DNA of 64,000 nt from Candidatus Tayloriibacteriota bacterium (GCA_037130865.1 JBAXSG010000001.1:41429-105428), one strand, 5' to 3'. Positions 49,583 through 60,164 are shown, counted from the first letter of the stretch. Notes: generated by a model not told the origin, from the letters alone. Program-made: numbers and translations.

Positions 49583-51040
49583 ATGAAAATGAAAAAAGAA
49601 AAAATTATCATTCTAGGAATAGTTGCGTCAGTATTGTTTGGTGGTGTTGTTAATGGTCAAACTACTAAAAACACTCCAACATCAGTCTCTGGGCCAGTTC
49701 CAACCTCAACAACTACTCAATCTCTAGGCTCTCTAAACATCCTATCACCAGGAACAAATTCAATCTCAGACGGAGTGACACCGTCAGCTGCTGCAAAACT
49801 TGATCAAAACCTACAGTTTCAAAATAATGGTGGTTTAGTGAACACACCAACTAAATCTCCTGGTAGCTACACCCTTCTAGAACCACTGCCTTGTATTGAG
49901 GCATTGAAAAATGGTGCTCCTGGTATCGAGTGTATAAATGGTCAAGTGGTAGATATGAATATAAAAGGTTATGTTCAGTATATGTTCAACTTGCTTATAG
50001 CAATATCAGCCGTGGCTGCGGTGTTCATGATTGTTTTGGGAGGATTCGAATATATGACATCAGACGCTATACAAGGAAAAAGTGAAGGAAAAGAGAAGAT
50101 TAAACATGCTATTGAGGGCCTTCTTCTGGTTTTGTGTTCTTATTTGATCCTACGAACAATAAATCCACAGTTTGTGAATATACCAAATACTTTAGTGGCA
50201 CCGCTAACTACTCAAGTAAAGACTGGCGTCCTAGATTTTTCAACAGTTTTAAATGATCAGGCCAATTTCGCCATAAATAATAGAAACTATGCAGTAACAA
50301 CTCTAAATAATGCCAAAACAACCATCGCCAATCTATCTACACAACACAACACAATCTCTGAACAGTTGATGTCTAACCAAAATACAGATGGTACACCTTT
50401 AACTGCTAGTCAGAGGGATACATTGATTCTACAAAATGCAGAGTTTCAAGATCAAATAAACCAAATGAAGGCAGTAGTTGTTGTTAATTCAGGTGCTCAA
50501 GCATTTCAAACTAGTGTCACATATGCTGCTCAAGGAAAAACTGATATGACTTTAGATGCTAATATAGCTAATATTGACAACATATACAAACAAGATGCAA
50601 CTAGTTTAGTTGATGGTGGTCTGGCCGCACAACCATACACCACAGCAGATGGTTATAAAACCACAGCGGCACAACAATTAAAAGATCAAGCTTCTTACGC
50701 AAAAGGTTTGTTGTTGATTCAACAAAGCCAGCAAATAGACTCTAGTAATCTTGGTATAAAAACTATTGTAGGTTCGACTGCTGCTGGTGCAGTCACTGGA
50801 GCGACCGTAGCTGGTGCCGGTGGAACATTTGTAGTCCCTGTAGTAGGAACTGCTGTTGGTGCTGGTGGTGGTGCTGTTGTTGGTGGTGGTATAGGACTTG
50901 CATCAGGTCTTGCCGTCACTGCAAAAGGGTTGTACTTATCTGCAGAAAACAGCTCTAGGTATAAAGATATTGTTGCCTCTATCCAAGACCCTAAACTACA
51001 AGAGGAACTCAAATCTGCAGCGATAAAAGCTGGTCAATAA
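49583..51040 (+). CDS. exported protein with VirB2/TrbC-like pilin domain and glycine-zipper tail
   Basis: YTLLEPLP; AVAAVFMIVLGGFEYMTS...GKEKIKHAIEGLLLVLCSYLILRTINP; Gly/Ala-rich C-terminal segment. Confidence 0.7.
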   Translation: MKMKKEKIIILGIVASVLFGGVVNGQTTKNTPTSVSGPVPTSTTTQSLGSLNILSPGTNSISDGVTPSAAAKLDQNLQFQNNGGLVNTPTKSPGSYTLLEPLPCIEALKNGAPGIECINGQVVDMNIKGYVQYMFNLLIAISAVAAVFMIVLGGFEYMTSDAIQGKSEGKEKIKHAIEGLLLVLCSYLILRTINPQFVNIPNTLVAPLTTQVKTGVLDFSTVLNDQANFAINNRNYAVTTLNNAKTTIANLSTQHNTISEQLMSNQNTDGTPLTASQRDTLILQNAEFQDQINQMKAVVVVNSGAQAFQTSVTYAAQGKTDMTLDANIANIDNIYKQDATSLVDGGLAAQPYTTADGYKTTAAQQLKDQASYAKGLLLIQQSQQIDSSNLGIKTIVGSTAAGAVTGATVAGAGGTFVVPVVGTAVGAGGGAVVGGGIGLASGLAVTAKGLYLSAENSSRYKDIVASIQDPKLQEELKSAAIKAGQ

Positions 51041-51066
51041 TTATAAACACTTAAGATACATCACCC

Positions 51067-52356
51067 ATGTCCAACCGAGCAGCAACAATCACAATCATCA
51101 TCTTGGTACTTGTCCTCATACTTCTTGGGGTGGGATATTGGTGGTATATGTCACATCTTTCAACACCTGGTCCTATAACAAATAGCTCGAACCCTACTGG
51201 TTTTGTCCCATTAAATCGTGACTCTGGCAGTGGTAGTCAAAGCTCTTCTACTGGAAATGGTTCTATCACAAATTCGACGACTACTGGAAACCAACAAATC
51301 GGTACTATCAAAACAAACCCTATACCTGTTCTTCGTCTCCTAAGTAATACTCCTGTAGGTGGATATGCGGCCAGCACAACTGGTACAACAACGGTGATGC
51401 GTTGGGTTGATAGGGGCCGCGGCAATGTCTACCAGACTCGAGGTGACACATTGAACATAACAACTCTCTCTAACACACTCCTTCCACGCCTTTATAACAG
51501 CTCTTGGAACAAAGATTTGACGGCGTTTATTGGCCAAACATTGCAAGATGATAGTGAAACTCCGACTTCTATATATGCCCAGCTCCAGTCTCGCGCGATA
51601 ACTTCAACAACAAGTGCCTCAACATCCTTTGATTTGCGTGGAAAAAATCTACCAGATAACACTATCGGTTATGCTGTTTCTCCCAAAAAGGATCAGGTCT
51701 TCCTGCTTGTGAAGGGTGATACTGTATCTACTGGATATGTAACCAACTTCGATGGCACAAAGGCTGTACAGATATTTACAACTCCTCTTGCTCAATTAAA
51801 TGTTGATTGGCCATCTGACAATATAATCTCCATAACAAACAAAGGAACTGCTGATAGGGCTGGTTATCTCTATTTCGTAAATCCAAAGACTGGTGCTTGG
51901 ACAAAAATCCTTGGCCCTCTAAATGGTCTAAGCTCTCGTGTCAGCCAAGATGGTAAAAAAGTCTTCTTCTCAGTCGCCGGATCTAACGCCGATGTAAAAT
52001 CTGCTATATATAATATCGCCAGCAGCACAATAACAGACGTGGTTATACAAACTCTCGCCGATAAGTGTGTTTGGGGTAATTTCTACAAAGAAATAGTTTA
52101 CTGCGCGGTACCATTCCAACCTGTTTCTGGTACATATCCAGATGATTGGTATTTGGGCTCTCTCTCAACCATAGACAAGATTTGGCAGATAAACTCTATA
52201 ACAGGGGAGACGAAGCTTGTGAACAACCTTATTGGTCAAGCCGACAGAGTTATAGATGCTTTCAGTCTCGTCTTAGACAACAAAGACAACTTCCTGTTGT
52301 TTATGAATAAAAACGACTTGTCCCTTTGGTCACTTGATCTAGTAAGAAGTAAGTAA
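51067..52356 (+). CDS. hypothetical membrane-anchored beta-rich protein
   Basis: N-terminal TM, Ser/Thr linker, TLADKCVW...YCAVP...YPDDWYLG. Confidence 0.75.
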   Translation: MSNRAATITIIILVLVLILLGVGYWWYMSHLSTPGPITNSSNPTGFVPLNRDSGSGSQSSSTGNGSITNSTTTGNQQIGTIKTNPIPVLRLLSNTPVGGYAASTTGTTTVMRWVDRGRGNVYQTRGDTLNITTLSNTLLPRLYNSSWNKDLTAFIGQTLQDDSETPTSIYAQLQSRAITSTTSASTSFDLRGKNLPDNTIGYAVSPKKDQVFLLVKGDTVSTGYVTNFDGTKAVQIFTTPLAQLNVDWPSDNIISITNKGTADRAGYLYFVNPKTGAWTKILGPLNGLSSRVSQDGKKVFFSVAGSNADVKSAIYNIASSTITDVVIQTLADKCVWGNFYKEIVYCAVPFQPVSGTYPDDWYLGSLSTIDKIWQINSITGETKLVNNLIGQADRVIDAFSLVLDNKDNFLLFMNKNDLSLWSLDLVRSK

Positions 52357-52380
52357 AAAAGCCCCCTCAGGGGCTTTTTT
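52356..52380. terminator. bidirectional terminator
   Basis: AAAAAGCCCC-ctca-GGGGCTTTTT between convergent genes. Confidence 0.8.
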
Positions 52381-52393
52381 GTTGCTTATTGTT

Positions 52394-53152
52394 TTATATC
52401 TTCAAGAGTTTCTTTCTAACATATAACTCCTGACCTAGTGTAAATAATGTGCTCACAGACCAATATATTGCGATTATAGAGGCCGCTTGAGGGTATCTGG
52501 CTGGAATTAGCCAGTAAACTGATGCGAAGGCTAGAATCGGCATAAAATACTTCATGTTTGTATTCATAGATGACATCATATCTGCTGTAGATCCTGTTTT
52601 TGCCACCGTGTTGCCATCTTGTGCATTCTTTTTGGCTATCAAGCGAATCTGATGTGATGCGAGGGAGTAATGTAGTTGAAAAAACTGAATAACACCAGTT
52701 AGAAGCGCCAGTATTAAGCTTTTACCAAGTAGGTTTATACCTAGAAGGCTGATGTGTGCGGTTGGCACATGAACAAAACTATAAAGAAGTTCTGGTTGCA
52801 CTGTTGGCACAATTTTATAAAAGACTGAGATCAGTGCTATTAAGATTGGTAATTGAATAATAATCAAAAGAACACCAGAAAGTGGCTTGATTTTCTTTGT
52901 TTTGTACAATTCCATCGTCTTTTGTGCTTGCATCTGACGATTGTCGGCATGCTGGGCTTTTATTTTATTGAGTTCAGGTTCAGCATCCTTCATACGAACT
53001 TGGGTTAGAAGAGCACTCTTAGAGAGGGGATAGAGGATCAGACGAACTATCGCTGTAAAAAGGATGACAGCAAGTCCAACATCTATACCTGGGATGTTCA
53101 TCAGAGCCACGAGGCCATTATAAAGAGGAAGGAAGATGAAAGTATTGTACAT
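52394..53152 (-). CDS. yidC: membrane protein insertase YidC
   Basis: AVILFTAIVRLILYPL, QLPILIAL, IYWSVSTLFTLGQE; synteny with rnpA/rpmH. Confidence 0.92.
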   Translation of the reverse strand: MYNTFIFLPLYNGLVALMNIPGIDVGLAVILFTAIVRLILYPLSKSALLTQVRMKDAEPELNKIKAQHADNRQMQAQKTMELYKTKKIKPLSGVLLIIIQLPILIALISVFYKIVPTVQPELLYSFVHVPTAHISLLGINLLGKSLILALLTGVIQFFQLHYSLASHQIRLIAKKNAQDGNTVAKTGSTADMMSSMNTNMKYFMPILAFASVYWLIPARYPQAASIIAIYWSVSTLFTLGQELYVRKKLLKI

Positions 53153-53190
53153 AAGTATATTTAAATAATTAAATGATTATTGAATATCTA

Positions 53191-53553
53191 CTATAGCACA
53201 CCCGCCTTACTAAGGAGAGTTTTCAGATCAGTGGTGAGTGTCTTTAGGTTGGCCCCAATGGACGCGGCTTTACAAAGAACAATGACTTGGAAACCTGGTT
53301 TGACCAAAACACCTGTAAGTTTCAAGGCTTCGTATGTTCGCCTTCGGGCCAAATTCCTAGCAACCGCTGTTTTGGCGATCTTTTTTGAAACAATGGCTGC
53401 AAAGCCGTTTCCTAAAACCGGTTTTGGTGTCTTAAGGGTCTTTGGAGTCTTGACGAGGACTTTTAGAGTAAAAAAGGGGGAGTGAAAGGACTTACTGTTT
53501 TCCATAACAGCAGAAACTTGCTCGGTAGTGAGCCTTTGGGTTTTTTTAAGCAT
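53191..53553 (-). CDS. rnpA: ribonuclease P protein component
   Basis: MLKKTQRL, IVSKKIAKTAVARNLARRR. Confidence 0.9.
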   Translation of the reverse strand: MLKKTQRLTTEQVSAVMENSKSFHSPFFTLKVLVKTPKTLKTPKPVLGNGFAAIVSKKIAKTAVARNLARRRTYEALKLTGVLVKPGFQVIVLCKAASIGANLKTLTTDLKTLLSKAGVL

Positions 53554-53555
53554 TA

Positions 53556-53690
53556 TTAGACCGCGACACGCTTGCGACCCTTCGCACGGCGTCTTGCAAG
53601 AGCCTTGCGGCCGCCTGGAGTCTTCATGCGTACTCGAAAACCGTGTGATTTGGAGCGCTTTCGCTTCTTGGGGTTGTATGTAAATGACAT
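53556..53690 (-). CDS. rpmH: 50S ribosomal protein L34 (below ORF-track cutoff)
   Basis: Manual translation [44 protein letters not shown]. Confidence 0.96.
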   Translation of the reverse strand: MSFTYNPKKRKRSKSHGFRVRMKTPGGRKALARRRAKGRKRVAV

Positions 53691-53835
53691 GTCAGCAATA
53701 ATACATTATTTATACAGAAGCGCAAGCTTCCAGAAGGTTGGGAAGTGTTTCCTAATGCGTAATCCACATGTTATCAACATATTTTTGAGCACTCCACAAG
53801 TTTGCAGAATTATAAACAAAGGTATACTTAGACCC

Positions 53836-55182
53836 ATGCAAGATTACTCAAAACTTTGGCAGACAGCCCTTATAGAGATAGAGTCCGCCGTATCACAAGC
53901 CAATTTCTCCACATGGTTCAAGGAGACTAGGATTGTAAGGGAAGCTGATGGTGTTATATATCTTGGTGTTCCAAATTCATTTACACAAGAATGGCTCTAT
54001 AAGAAGTTCCATAACTCTATTTTGCGCATATTACGCCAGACAAACGAGCAGGTTAGGGCACTAGAATACATTATAGAGAAAGAAAATGGCTCAAAGAAGG
54101 AAGATGGTAAGAAAAAGGCTGTTTTGGCACCAACAATCTCTATGCCTTTGCAGGATTTTTATATCAACAAAGAAGATAATTTGAATCCAAGATACACTTT
54201 TGAAAGTTTTGTCGTTGGTTCTTTCAATGAACTAGCTCACGCCGCCTCCCAAACAATAGTGACCGCTCCTGGTCAAACCTATAATCCATTGTTTATATAT
54301 GGAGATCCTGGTCGTGGCAAAACACACCTTATACAAGCGGTTGGAAATAAAATAAAAAAGGATATGCCGGACAAAAAAGTCTTTTATCTTACTTCAGAGC
54401 GTTTCTGTACTGAGTTCTTCGCCGCTCTTCAAGAAAATAAAGCCAACCAATTTAAAGAGAAGTATAGGAAGTATGATGTGGTGATTATGGATGATATCCA
54501 ATTCTTCTCTGGTAAAGAAAAGTTTCAAGAGGAGTTGTTCCATTTCTTCAATACCTTCAAAGATAGTTGCAGACAGCTTGTATTCTCGTCTGATAGACAC
54601 CCAAATGTCATCCCTGGGCTTGAGGAGCGTCTGAGAAGTAGATTCAACACTGGTATGGTTGTAGACCTCCAAGAGCTTGATCAAGAGTCTAGAATGGCTA
54701 TAGTTAGGGCTAAATGCGCCACACAAAACATAACCATGTTGGCCGAGGTTGTAGAGCTTATCGCCTCATCAATAGGGGACAATATCCGTGAAATAGAGGG
54801 GGTGGTTAATATCATCGCTTGCCAAACACAACTCAAAAACCGTGAGTTAAACTTAAATGAAATAAAGAATATCCTAAAAAACAACACGAAACCAAAGAAA
54901 ATGGTGTCTGTTAAGGATATAGTTAAGGTTGTTTCAGATTTCTACAACATAGACGAACAGAGTATATTCGATAAAACCAGACGTAAAGAGGTTGTTAGGC
55001 CACGCCAAATGATTATGTACCTTTTGCGTGAGGATTTTGGTATTTCTTTTCCTTCGATTGGAGAGAAATTAGGTGGAAGAGATCACACCACAGTGATTCA
55101 CTCTTACGAGAAGGTGAAAGAGGAGTTGAAAAGAGATACTATATTATCTCAGGAGGTGGCACAGTTGAGGTCAATGATTTAG
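53836..55182 (+). CDS. dnaA: chromosomal replication initiator DnaA
   Basis: LNPRYTFESFVVG, YNPLFIYG..GRGKTHL, RLRSRF, GGRDHTTVIH; start MQDYSKLW. Confidence 0.98.
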   Translation: MQDYSKLWQTALIEIESAVSQANFSTWFKETRIVREADGVIYLGVPNSFTQEWLYKKFHNSILRILRQTNEQVRALEYIIEKENGSKKEDGKKKAVLAPTISMPLQDFYINKEDNLNPRYTFESFVVGSFNELAHAASQTIVTAPGQTYNPLFIYGDPGRGKTHLIQAVGNKIKKDMPDKKVFYLTSERFCTEFFAALQENKANQFKEKYRKYDVVIMDDIQFFSGKEKFQEELFHFFNTFKDSCRQLVFSSDRHPNVIPGLEERLRSRFNTGMVVDLQELDQESRMAIVRAKCATQNITMLAEVVELIASSIGDNIREIEGVVNIIACQTQLKNRELNLNEIKNILKNNTKPKKMVSVKDIVKVVSDFYNIDEQSIFDKTRRKEVVRPRQMIMYLLREDFGISFPSIGEKLGGRDHTTVIHSYEKVKEELKRDTILSQEVAQLRSMI

Positions 55183-55401
55183 GTTTTAGTTGTTGATAAG
55201 TTTGTGGAAAAGTTTGTAGTTAGTAATAGGATAAGTTGGTGGTAAGAATGGTTTTAAAAAACAATCAAAAACAATTCACTTGTTATTAAAAAATAAAACT
55301 TAAAAAACCAAGCTTTTAGGCCACAGAAAAACTTGTTCACATAAATACACCCTTAATAGCGATTAATTTATTTAAATAAGAACAATAATACTATTACTAA
55401 C
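55183..55401. promoter_or_regulatory. candidate oriC in the dnaA-dnaN spacer
   Basis: Degenerate DnaA boxes TGTTGATAA 55191, TGTGGAAAA 55203, TTGTTCACA 55333; AT-rich tract. Confidence 0.5.
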
Positions 55402-56508
55402 ATGAAAATCGAGATTCAGACACAAAAAATAAAAGAGATTATCCAAAAAATAGACCGCATAGCTGGAAAACACACCACTCTTCCTGTTTTGTCTTGTATT
55501 TTGATTGAGTTTAATAAAAACACAGCAATTTTCAAAGCTACAAACTTAGATGTTGGTATTGAAGTGTCTATACCAATCAAATCAGAAGGTTCTGGCGCTG
55601 TAGCAGTACCAGCACACACCTTAAGTGCTTTTATATCTCAACTACCAGACCAAAATGGTGTTGTTTCTATGGAAATAGACGGTGGAAACATAAAAATAAC
55701 CACCCCACACTCAAACGGAGTAATAAAGACAGTACCAATTGATGATTTTCCAACAATACCAAAAGTTGTTGATGGTCAAACATACGATCTTCCAGCAGAT
55801 GTTTTTATAAAAGGCCTCAAATCTGTGTGGTACAGTGCCTCAGTTTCCAGTATAAAACCAGAACTTTCAAGTATTTACATATATCGCGATGGTGAGTATA
55901 TAAACTTTGCGGCTACAGACTCATTCCGTTTAGCAGAGAAGAAAGTGAAGGCGCCAAACACAGCCAAAATGGGGGATATTTTGATTCCATTCAAAAATAT
56001 TGCTGACATAGTCAGGTTTCTGGAGGGTGTTGGTGGAACAGTGAAAGTAACAACCAGCAAAAACCTAATTTCTTTTAGTGAAAATGGTACATACCTAGTT
56101 TCAAGAGTGATTGACGGTGTTTTCCCAGATTATCACCAAATCATTCCTAAAAGCTTTATAACAGAAGCAGTAATCTTAAAACAGGACTTTATAAACGCAC
56201 TCAAAATATCAAATATATTCTCAGATAGGTTCAATCAAATCAAACTAGTGATCGACCCGAAGAAAAAAGTTTTTGATATCCAAACAAAAAACAGTGATGT
56301 TGGTGAAAATAAAACCTCCGTTTCAGCGGCATTGTCTGGTGAACAAATAGAGGTCAATTTCAACTACAAATATGTTGCCGACTGTTTCCAGTCTATAGAA
56401 GCCGACAGCCTCTCATTACAACTTGGCGGCCTCAACAAACCAATGCTTATCCGCTCCGTTTCTGGTGACCAAACATTTTTATATATAGTGATGCCAATGA
56501 ATAGATAA
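55402..56508 (+). CDS. dnaN: DNA polymerase III beta clamp
   Basis: LPVLSCILI, ATNLDVGI, ATDSFRLAE, FPDY, YIVMPM. Confidence 0.97.
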   Translation: MKIEIQTQKIKEIIQKIDRIAGKHTTLPVLSCILIEFNKNTAIFKATNLDVGIEVSIPIKSEGSGAVAVPAHTLSAFISQLPDQNGVVSMEIDGGNIKITTPHSNGVIKTVPIDDFPTIPKVVDGQTYDLPADVFIKGLKSVWYSASVSSIKPELSSIYIYRDGEYINFAATDSFRLAEKKVKAPNTAKMGDILIPFKNIADIVRFLEGVGGTVKVTTSKNLISFSENGTYLVSRVIDGVFPDYHQIIPKSFITEAVILKQDFINALKISNIFSDRFNQIKLVIDPKKKVFDIQTKNSDVGENKTSVSAALSGEQIEVNFNYKYVADCFQSIEADSLSLQLGGLNKPMLIRSVSGDQTFLYIVMPMNR

Positions 56509-56519
56509 TGGAATAGGTA

Positions 56520-56780
56520 ATGTTCAATATAAATCATCTTTTGGATAGGATGCGCGCCATTCGCAACAGCGATGTTGGTTTGCGTACAACAACACAGGCT
56601 GCCCTAAAGAAACACACCAATATAGATGTTCCAATCGAATCTATACAAGTTAAATCTGGAAGAGTTTCAATCAAAAACATACCAGGAGCTGCTAGAGCAG
56701 AAATCTTTATGAAGAAGACGCAAATTCTAGAGGAAATTAAAAACAACACTGGTAGCAGTAAAATAGTAGAGATAAACTAA
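56520..56780 (+). CDS. small protein, possibly DciA/DUF721-like
   Basis: Follows dnaN; GRVSIK...AARAEIFMKKTQILEEIK...G...IVEI pattern. Confidence 0.5.
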   Translation: MFNINHLLDRMRAIRNSDVGLRTTTQAALKKHTNIDVPIESIQVKSGRVSIKNIPGAARAEIFMKKTQILEEIKNNTGSSKIVEIN

Positions 56781-56795
56781 AAACAAACGAATCTA

Positions 56796-59393
56796 TTATT
56801 GTGTTTGTGCTACGTGGAAATTTAGACTGGCCTGGCCTTTATTGTAGACACCGTCGTAAACAGTCACAGATAAAACATTGTCTGCAGACAAGTCGGTGAC
56901 GTCGGCTGGCACAAAACTTATATTGAGAGGACTCTGTGTTGAAGTAAGCACGTATTTTCCATTTATATACACATCAGTCTTGGTTATTTGGTAAACATTG
57001 TTTGATCTTATTTGTATAGACAAAGGCAACTGTGGGTCTATGGTTGAACCTTCAATAGGGGACACAATGCTTATTTGGGGCGATTTCTCTGGAGTATGGA
57101 CGTCGTCGGTGGCCGTTGGGATTGGTGTGGGAACAGTCTCTCTGAAATCAGGGTGTGATTTAACATAGTTTGTAAACCAATTACGAACACCATATTCCCA
57201 ATACTGGAATTGGGAGTCTTTGGTTGGGTCTATTGGCGCCAAACCACGAGGGTCATCTTTGTTCAACCAATAAAGAATTGAGTGGACATTATTGAAGACA
57301 ACCTCTTTTTTTGTTTCTACTGGGGTGTACGGAGTTGCTACTTTTCCAGATATTGTATCTACCCAATATGAAATGCCTCCTTGCCAGACGCCATGTAATA
57401 CCGGCTTACCACTAGTATATGGTTGAGGAGGAGCCACAAAATTACTTGGAGGAAAATTCTTGGCTACTTGTGACATGAAAGCGCCCCAAAGAGGAGAAAT
57501 AATCAAACCAGCAACATTGTGTTGCATTGGAGTGTTGTCGTTGTTTCCAGCCCAAGCACCAACAACCAAATCTGGAGTGTAACCAAGAGTCCAAACATCA
57601 CGGTAGTCGTTTGTTGTACCTGTTTTTATAGCTACAGTACGGCCAACACTTTCTCCTATTGGTTTCAAACTAGCCATACGGACATTTGTATCAGAAAGAA
57701 TGCTAGAGATTTGACGCACCGCCTCTGCTGGCACAACTTGTGATGGGTTTAAGGTTGCCTTTTCCAAAACATTACCCTTACTATCATCGACTTCTAACAC
57801 AGATCTGTAAGGATTACGGACACCATCGTCAGCAAAGACACCATAAGCACTAGTGATATCAAGAAGAGAAACCTCACCACCACCAAGAACAAGTGTTAGA
57901 CCATATCTATTTGGGTCACTAAGGGTGGTTATACCCATTTCTTGGGCTGTTTGTAAGGAATCACCAATACCTGCTAAGTAAAGAGCTTTAACCGCTGGTA
58001 TATTGCGAGATTGGGCCAATGCTTGTCGTACAGTGAGTGGACCTTCGAAGATATTGTCGTATTCTCCAGGTGAATAACAAGGCGTGCTGGAAGAATATGC
58101 ACCACTTGGGTTTTCCCAAAAACCAGTTAAATTGTTGAATAGCAAATCTGGAGCAAGTGCTGGGTTTTTTGGCCTACCATCGACAGTACACTCTGTAGAA
58201 AACTCTGTTTCTGCATCGAAAAGAACAGTTTCTGGCGTATAACCCTTTTCAAACAAAGTTGTATATACAAAAGGTTTGAAAGTAGATCCTGGTTGGCGGT
58301 TTGCCAAGGCGACATTGTAATTACCATCGATACTTTCATCGAAATAATCTTTTGATCCAACCATAGTCAGAATATCTCCAGTTTTTGGATCTATAGCGAC
58401 CACGGCGGTATTACTAGCGTTGTAGTTTTCAGAGAGTGAGGCACTAAATTTTGTTACTACATCCTCTGCTTTTTTCTGCATATCATAATCAAGGGAGGTG
58501 ATAACTTTCAGGCCACCATTTAGAACAACATCCTCACCATATTTTTGTGTTAAATAATCTTTCACATACATCACAAAATGTGGGGCACGAATACTTCCAG
58601 CACTACGGGATGAGAAGATAACCTTTTCTTTTAAAGCAGCTTGGTATTCTTTGTCGGAGATCATCCCAAGAGACTTCATTCGTGATAGGACAGTTTTCTC
58701 TCTCGCATCCAAAGCGCTCTTATGTAATCCGTTTGGGGAATAATAGCTCGGCGCCTGTGGAATAGCCGCGAGATAGGCCGCCTCGGCGATAGTTACATTT
58801 TTTGCTGGTTTACCAAAGAATATTTGAGAGGCTTCTTCTATACCATAAGTGGTTCCACCATAAGGAGTTTCGTTGAAATATGCCTGCAAAATCTGATCCT
58901 TCGTCATCACTTGAGTGAGTTTGATAGCTAGAACCAACTCTTTTATCTTTCTAGTTATAGTTTTGTCTTGGGTCAATAAAGAATTTTTTATAACTTGTTG
59001 AGTGATAGTAGAAGCACCTTGGTTGTAACCACCTGTAGATATGTTGGCCAAAAAAGCTCGGATTATAGAGAGCGGTTCTATGCCGGAGTTGTGATAAAAA
59101 TTTGAATCCTCTATAGCGATCGTCGCCTGTTGAATATAAGGAGATATTTCAGAAAGGGTAACAGTTTTTCTTTTTATATTTGCTCCAGTGTCGTAAAGAA
59201 GTATTGTTCCAGTACGGTCATAGATCTTCGTAGACTCCACAACCTGTCTACTTGTGAATGAACTCAAATCTGGTATTGGTAGAGTTGCTACCCACAAAGC
59301 CATTAAACCACAAGAGATGAAGACAACAGATAAAACAATCAATAAAAGCGACTTTATATGTCGTTTATGTTTGCGATAATGATGACGTATCAT
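56796..59393 (-). CDS. class A penicillin-binding protein (PBP1A family)
   Basis: AIEDSNFY, GASTITQQ, RKIKE; RQPGSTFKP, SRN, KTGT. Confidence 0.95.
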   Translation of the reverse strand: MIRHHYRKHKRHIKSLLLIVLSVVFISCGLMALWVATLPIPDLSSFTSRQVVESTKIYDRTGTILLYDTGANIKRKTVTLSEISPYIQQATIAIEDSNFYHNSGIEPLSIIRAFLANISTGGYNQGASTITQQVIKNSLLTQDKTITRKIKELVLAIKLTQVMTKDQILQAYFNETPYGGTTYGIEEASQIFFGKPAKNVTIAEAAYLAAIPQAPSYYSPNGLHKSALDAREKTVLSRMKSLGMISDKEYQAALKEKVIFSSRSAGSIRAPHFVMYVKDYLTQKYGEDVVLNGGLKVITSLDYDMQKKAEDVVTKFSASLSENYNASNTAVVAIDPKTGDILTMVGSKDYFDESIDGNYNVALANRQPGSTFKPFVYTTLFEKGYTPETVLFDAETEFSTECTVDGRPKNPALAPDLLFNNLTGFWENPSGAYSSSTPCYSPGEYDNIFEGPLTVRQALAQSRNIPAVKALYLAGIGDSLQTAQEMGITTLSDPNRYGLTLVLGGGEVSLLDITSAYGVFADDGVRNPYRSVLEVDDSKGNVLEKATLNPSQVVPAEAVRQISSILSDTNVRMASLKPIGESVGRTVAIKTGTTNDYRDVWTLGYTPDLVVGAWAGNNDNTPMQHNVAGLIISPLWGAFMSQVAKNFPPSNFVAPPQPYTSGKPVLHGVWQGGISYWVDTISGKVATPYTPVETKKEVVFNNVHSILYWLNKDDPRGLAPIDPTKDSQFQYWEYGVRNWFTNYVKSHPDFRETVPTPIPTATDDVHTPEKSPQISIVSPIEGSTIDPQLPLSIQIRSNNVYQITKTDVYINGKYVLTSTQSPLNISFVPADVTDLSADNVLSVTVYDGVYNKGQASLNFHVAQTQ

Positions 59394-59414
59394 ATCGCGA
59401 TATTATAACACTAA

Positions 59415-59657
59415 CTACCAATTATCACCGCTCAAGAGGTCCATATCCTCCTCGTCTTCAGTTTCTTCAGTCTCTATTTCCAAATCCTCTGGAACCTCTT
59501 CCACCAAAACCGGATCTATTACATCCAAAACCTTCAACTCATCTACCTCTTCCTTTTCTATTTTGGGTGTAGCCTTCACGATGGGGGTGACGAGCGGCCG
59601 CTTTTTTTTGTCTGATTTTGTGTGACGGGTAGCCGTCCTTTTTTGCACTTTTGTCAT
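59415..59657 (-). CDS. small hypothetical protein, basic N-terminus and acidic C-terminus
   Basis: 80-aa ORF filling the intergenic space. Confidence 0.55.
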   Translation of the reverse strand: MTKVQKRTATRHTKSDKKKRPLVTPIVKATPKIEKEEVDELKVLDVIDPVLVEEVPEDLEIETEETEDEEDMDLLSGDNW

Positions 59658-59698
59658 TGTGCATAATTTGTAACAAAACAGATTTATTTTGGCAAGAA

Positions 59699-60163
59699 CT
59701 ACCGGCTGTGGATAATTGCGGCGTGTGTCAGGGCTACAGCTATCGCATCATATTCGTCATCAAGCATTTTTTTCTTTGGTAAAGAGACAAGGAGATTTAC
59801 CATTTTTATCATGCGAGATTTATCGCTCGATCCGTCGCTAGTCACAGCGGTTTTTATTTGCATAGGGCTGTATTCGTAAATAAGGACGCCTCTTTTTATT
59901 GCTTCATACATGATAATACCTCGCGCCTCAGCAACACGCATTCCGGTTTTTTGGTTTGTTGATATGAAAAGAGTTTCTATTGCCAGTGCGTCTGGTTGGA
60001 ATTTTTCTATAATTTTCGATATCTCCACACCGATCTCGCCGAGGCGTTTGTGTATATCATCTTTCGCCGATGTGCGAAAACAATCCGAGTAGAGGACGGT
60101 GTTTTTTTCGATTACTGCGATGCCGAGTCTTTCATAGCCAGGATCTATACCTAGGATTCGCAT
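59699..60163 (-). CDS. ruvC: Holliday junction resolvase RuvC
   Basis: MRILGIDPG, AIETLF, AEARGII, DDEYDAIAVA. Confidence 0.95.
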   Translation of the reverse strand: MRILGIDPGYERLGIAVIEKNTVLYSDCFRTSAKDDIHKRLGEIGVEISKIIEKFQPDALAIETLFISTNQKTGMRVAEARGIIMYEAIKRGVLIYEYSPMQIKTAVTSDGSSDKSRMIKMVNLLVSLPKKKMLDDEYDAIAVALTHAAIIHSR

Positions 60164-60164
60164 G

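Noticed and set aside
53572-53835. N-terminal extension of DnaA in the ORF track
   Set aside because: It overlaps rpmH on the opposite strand; DnaA similarity starts at ATG 53836.
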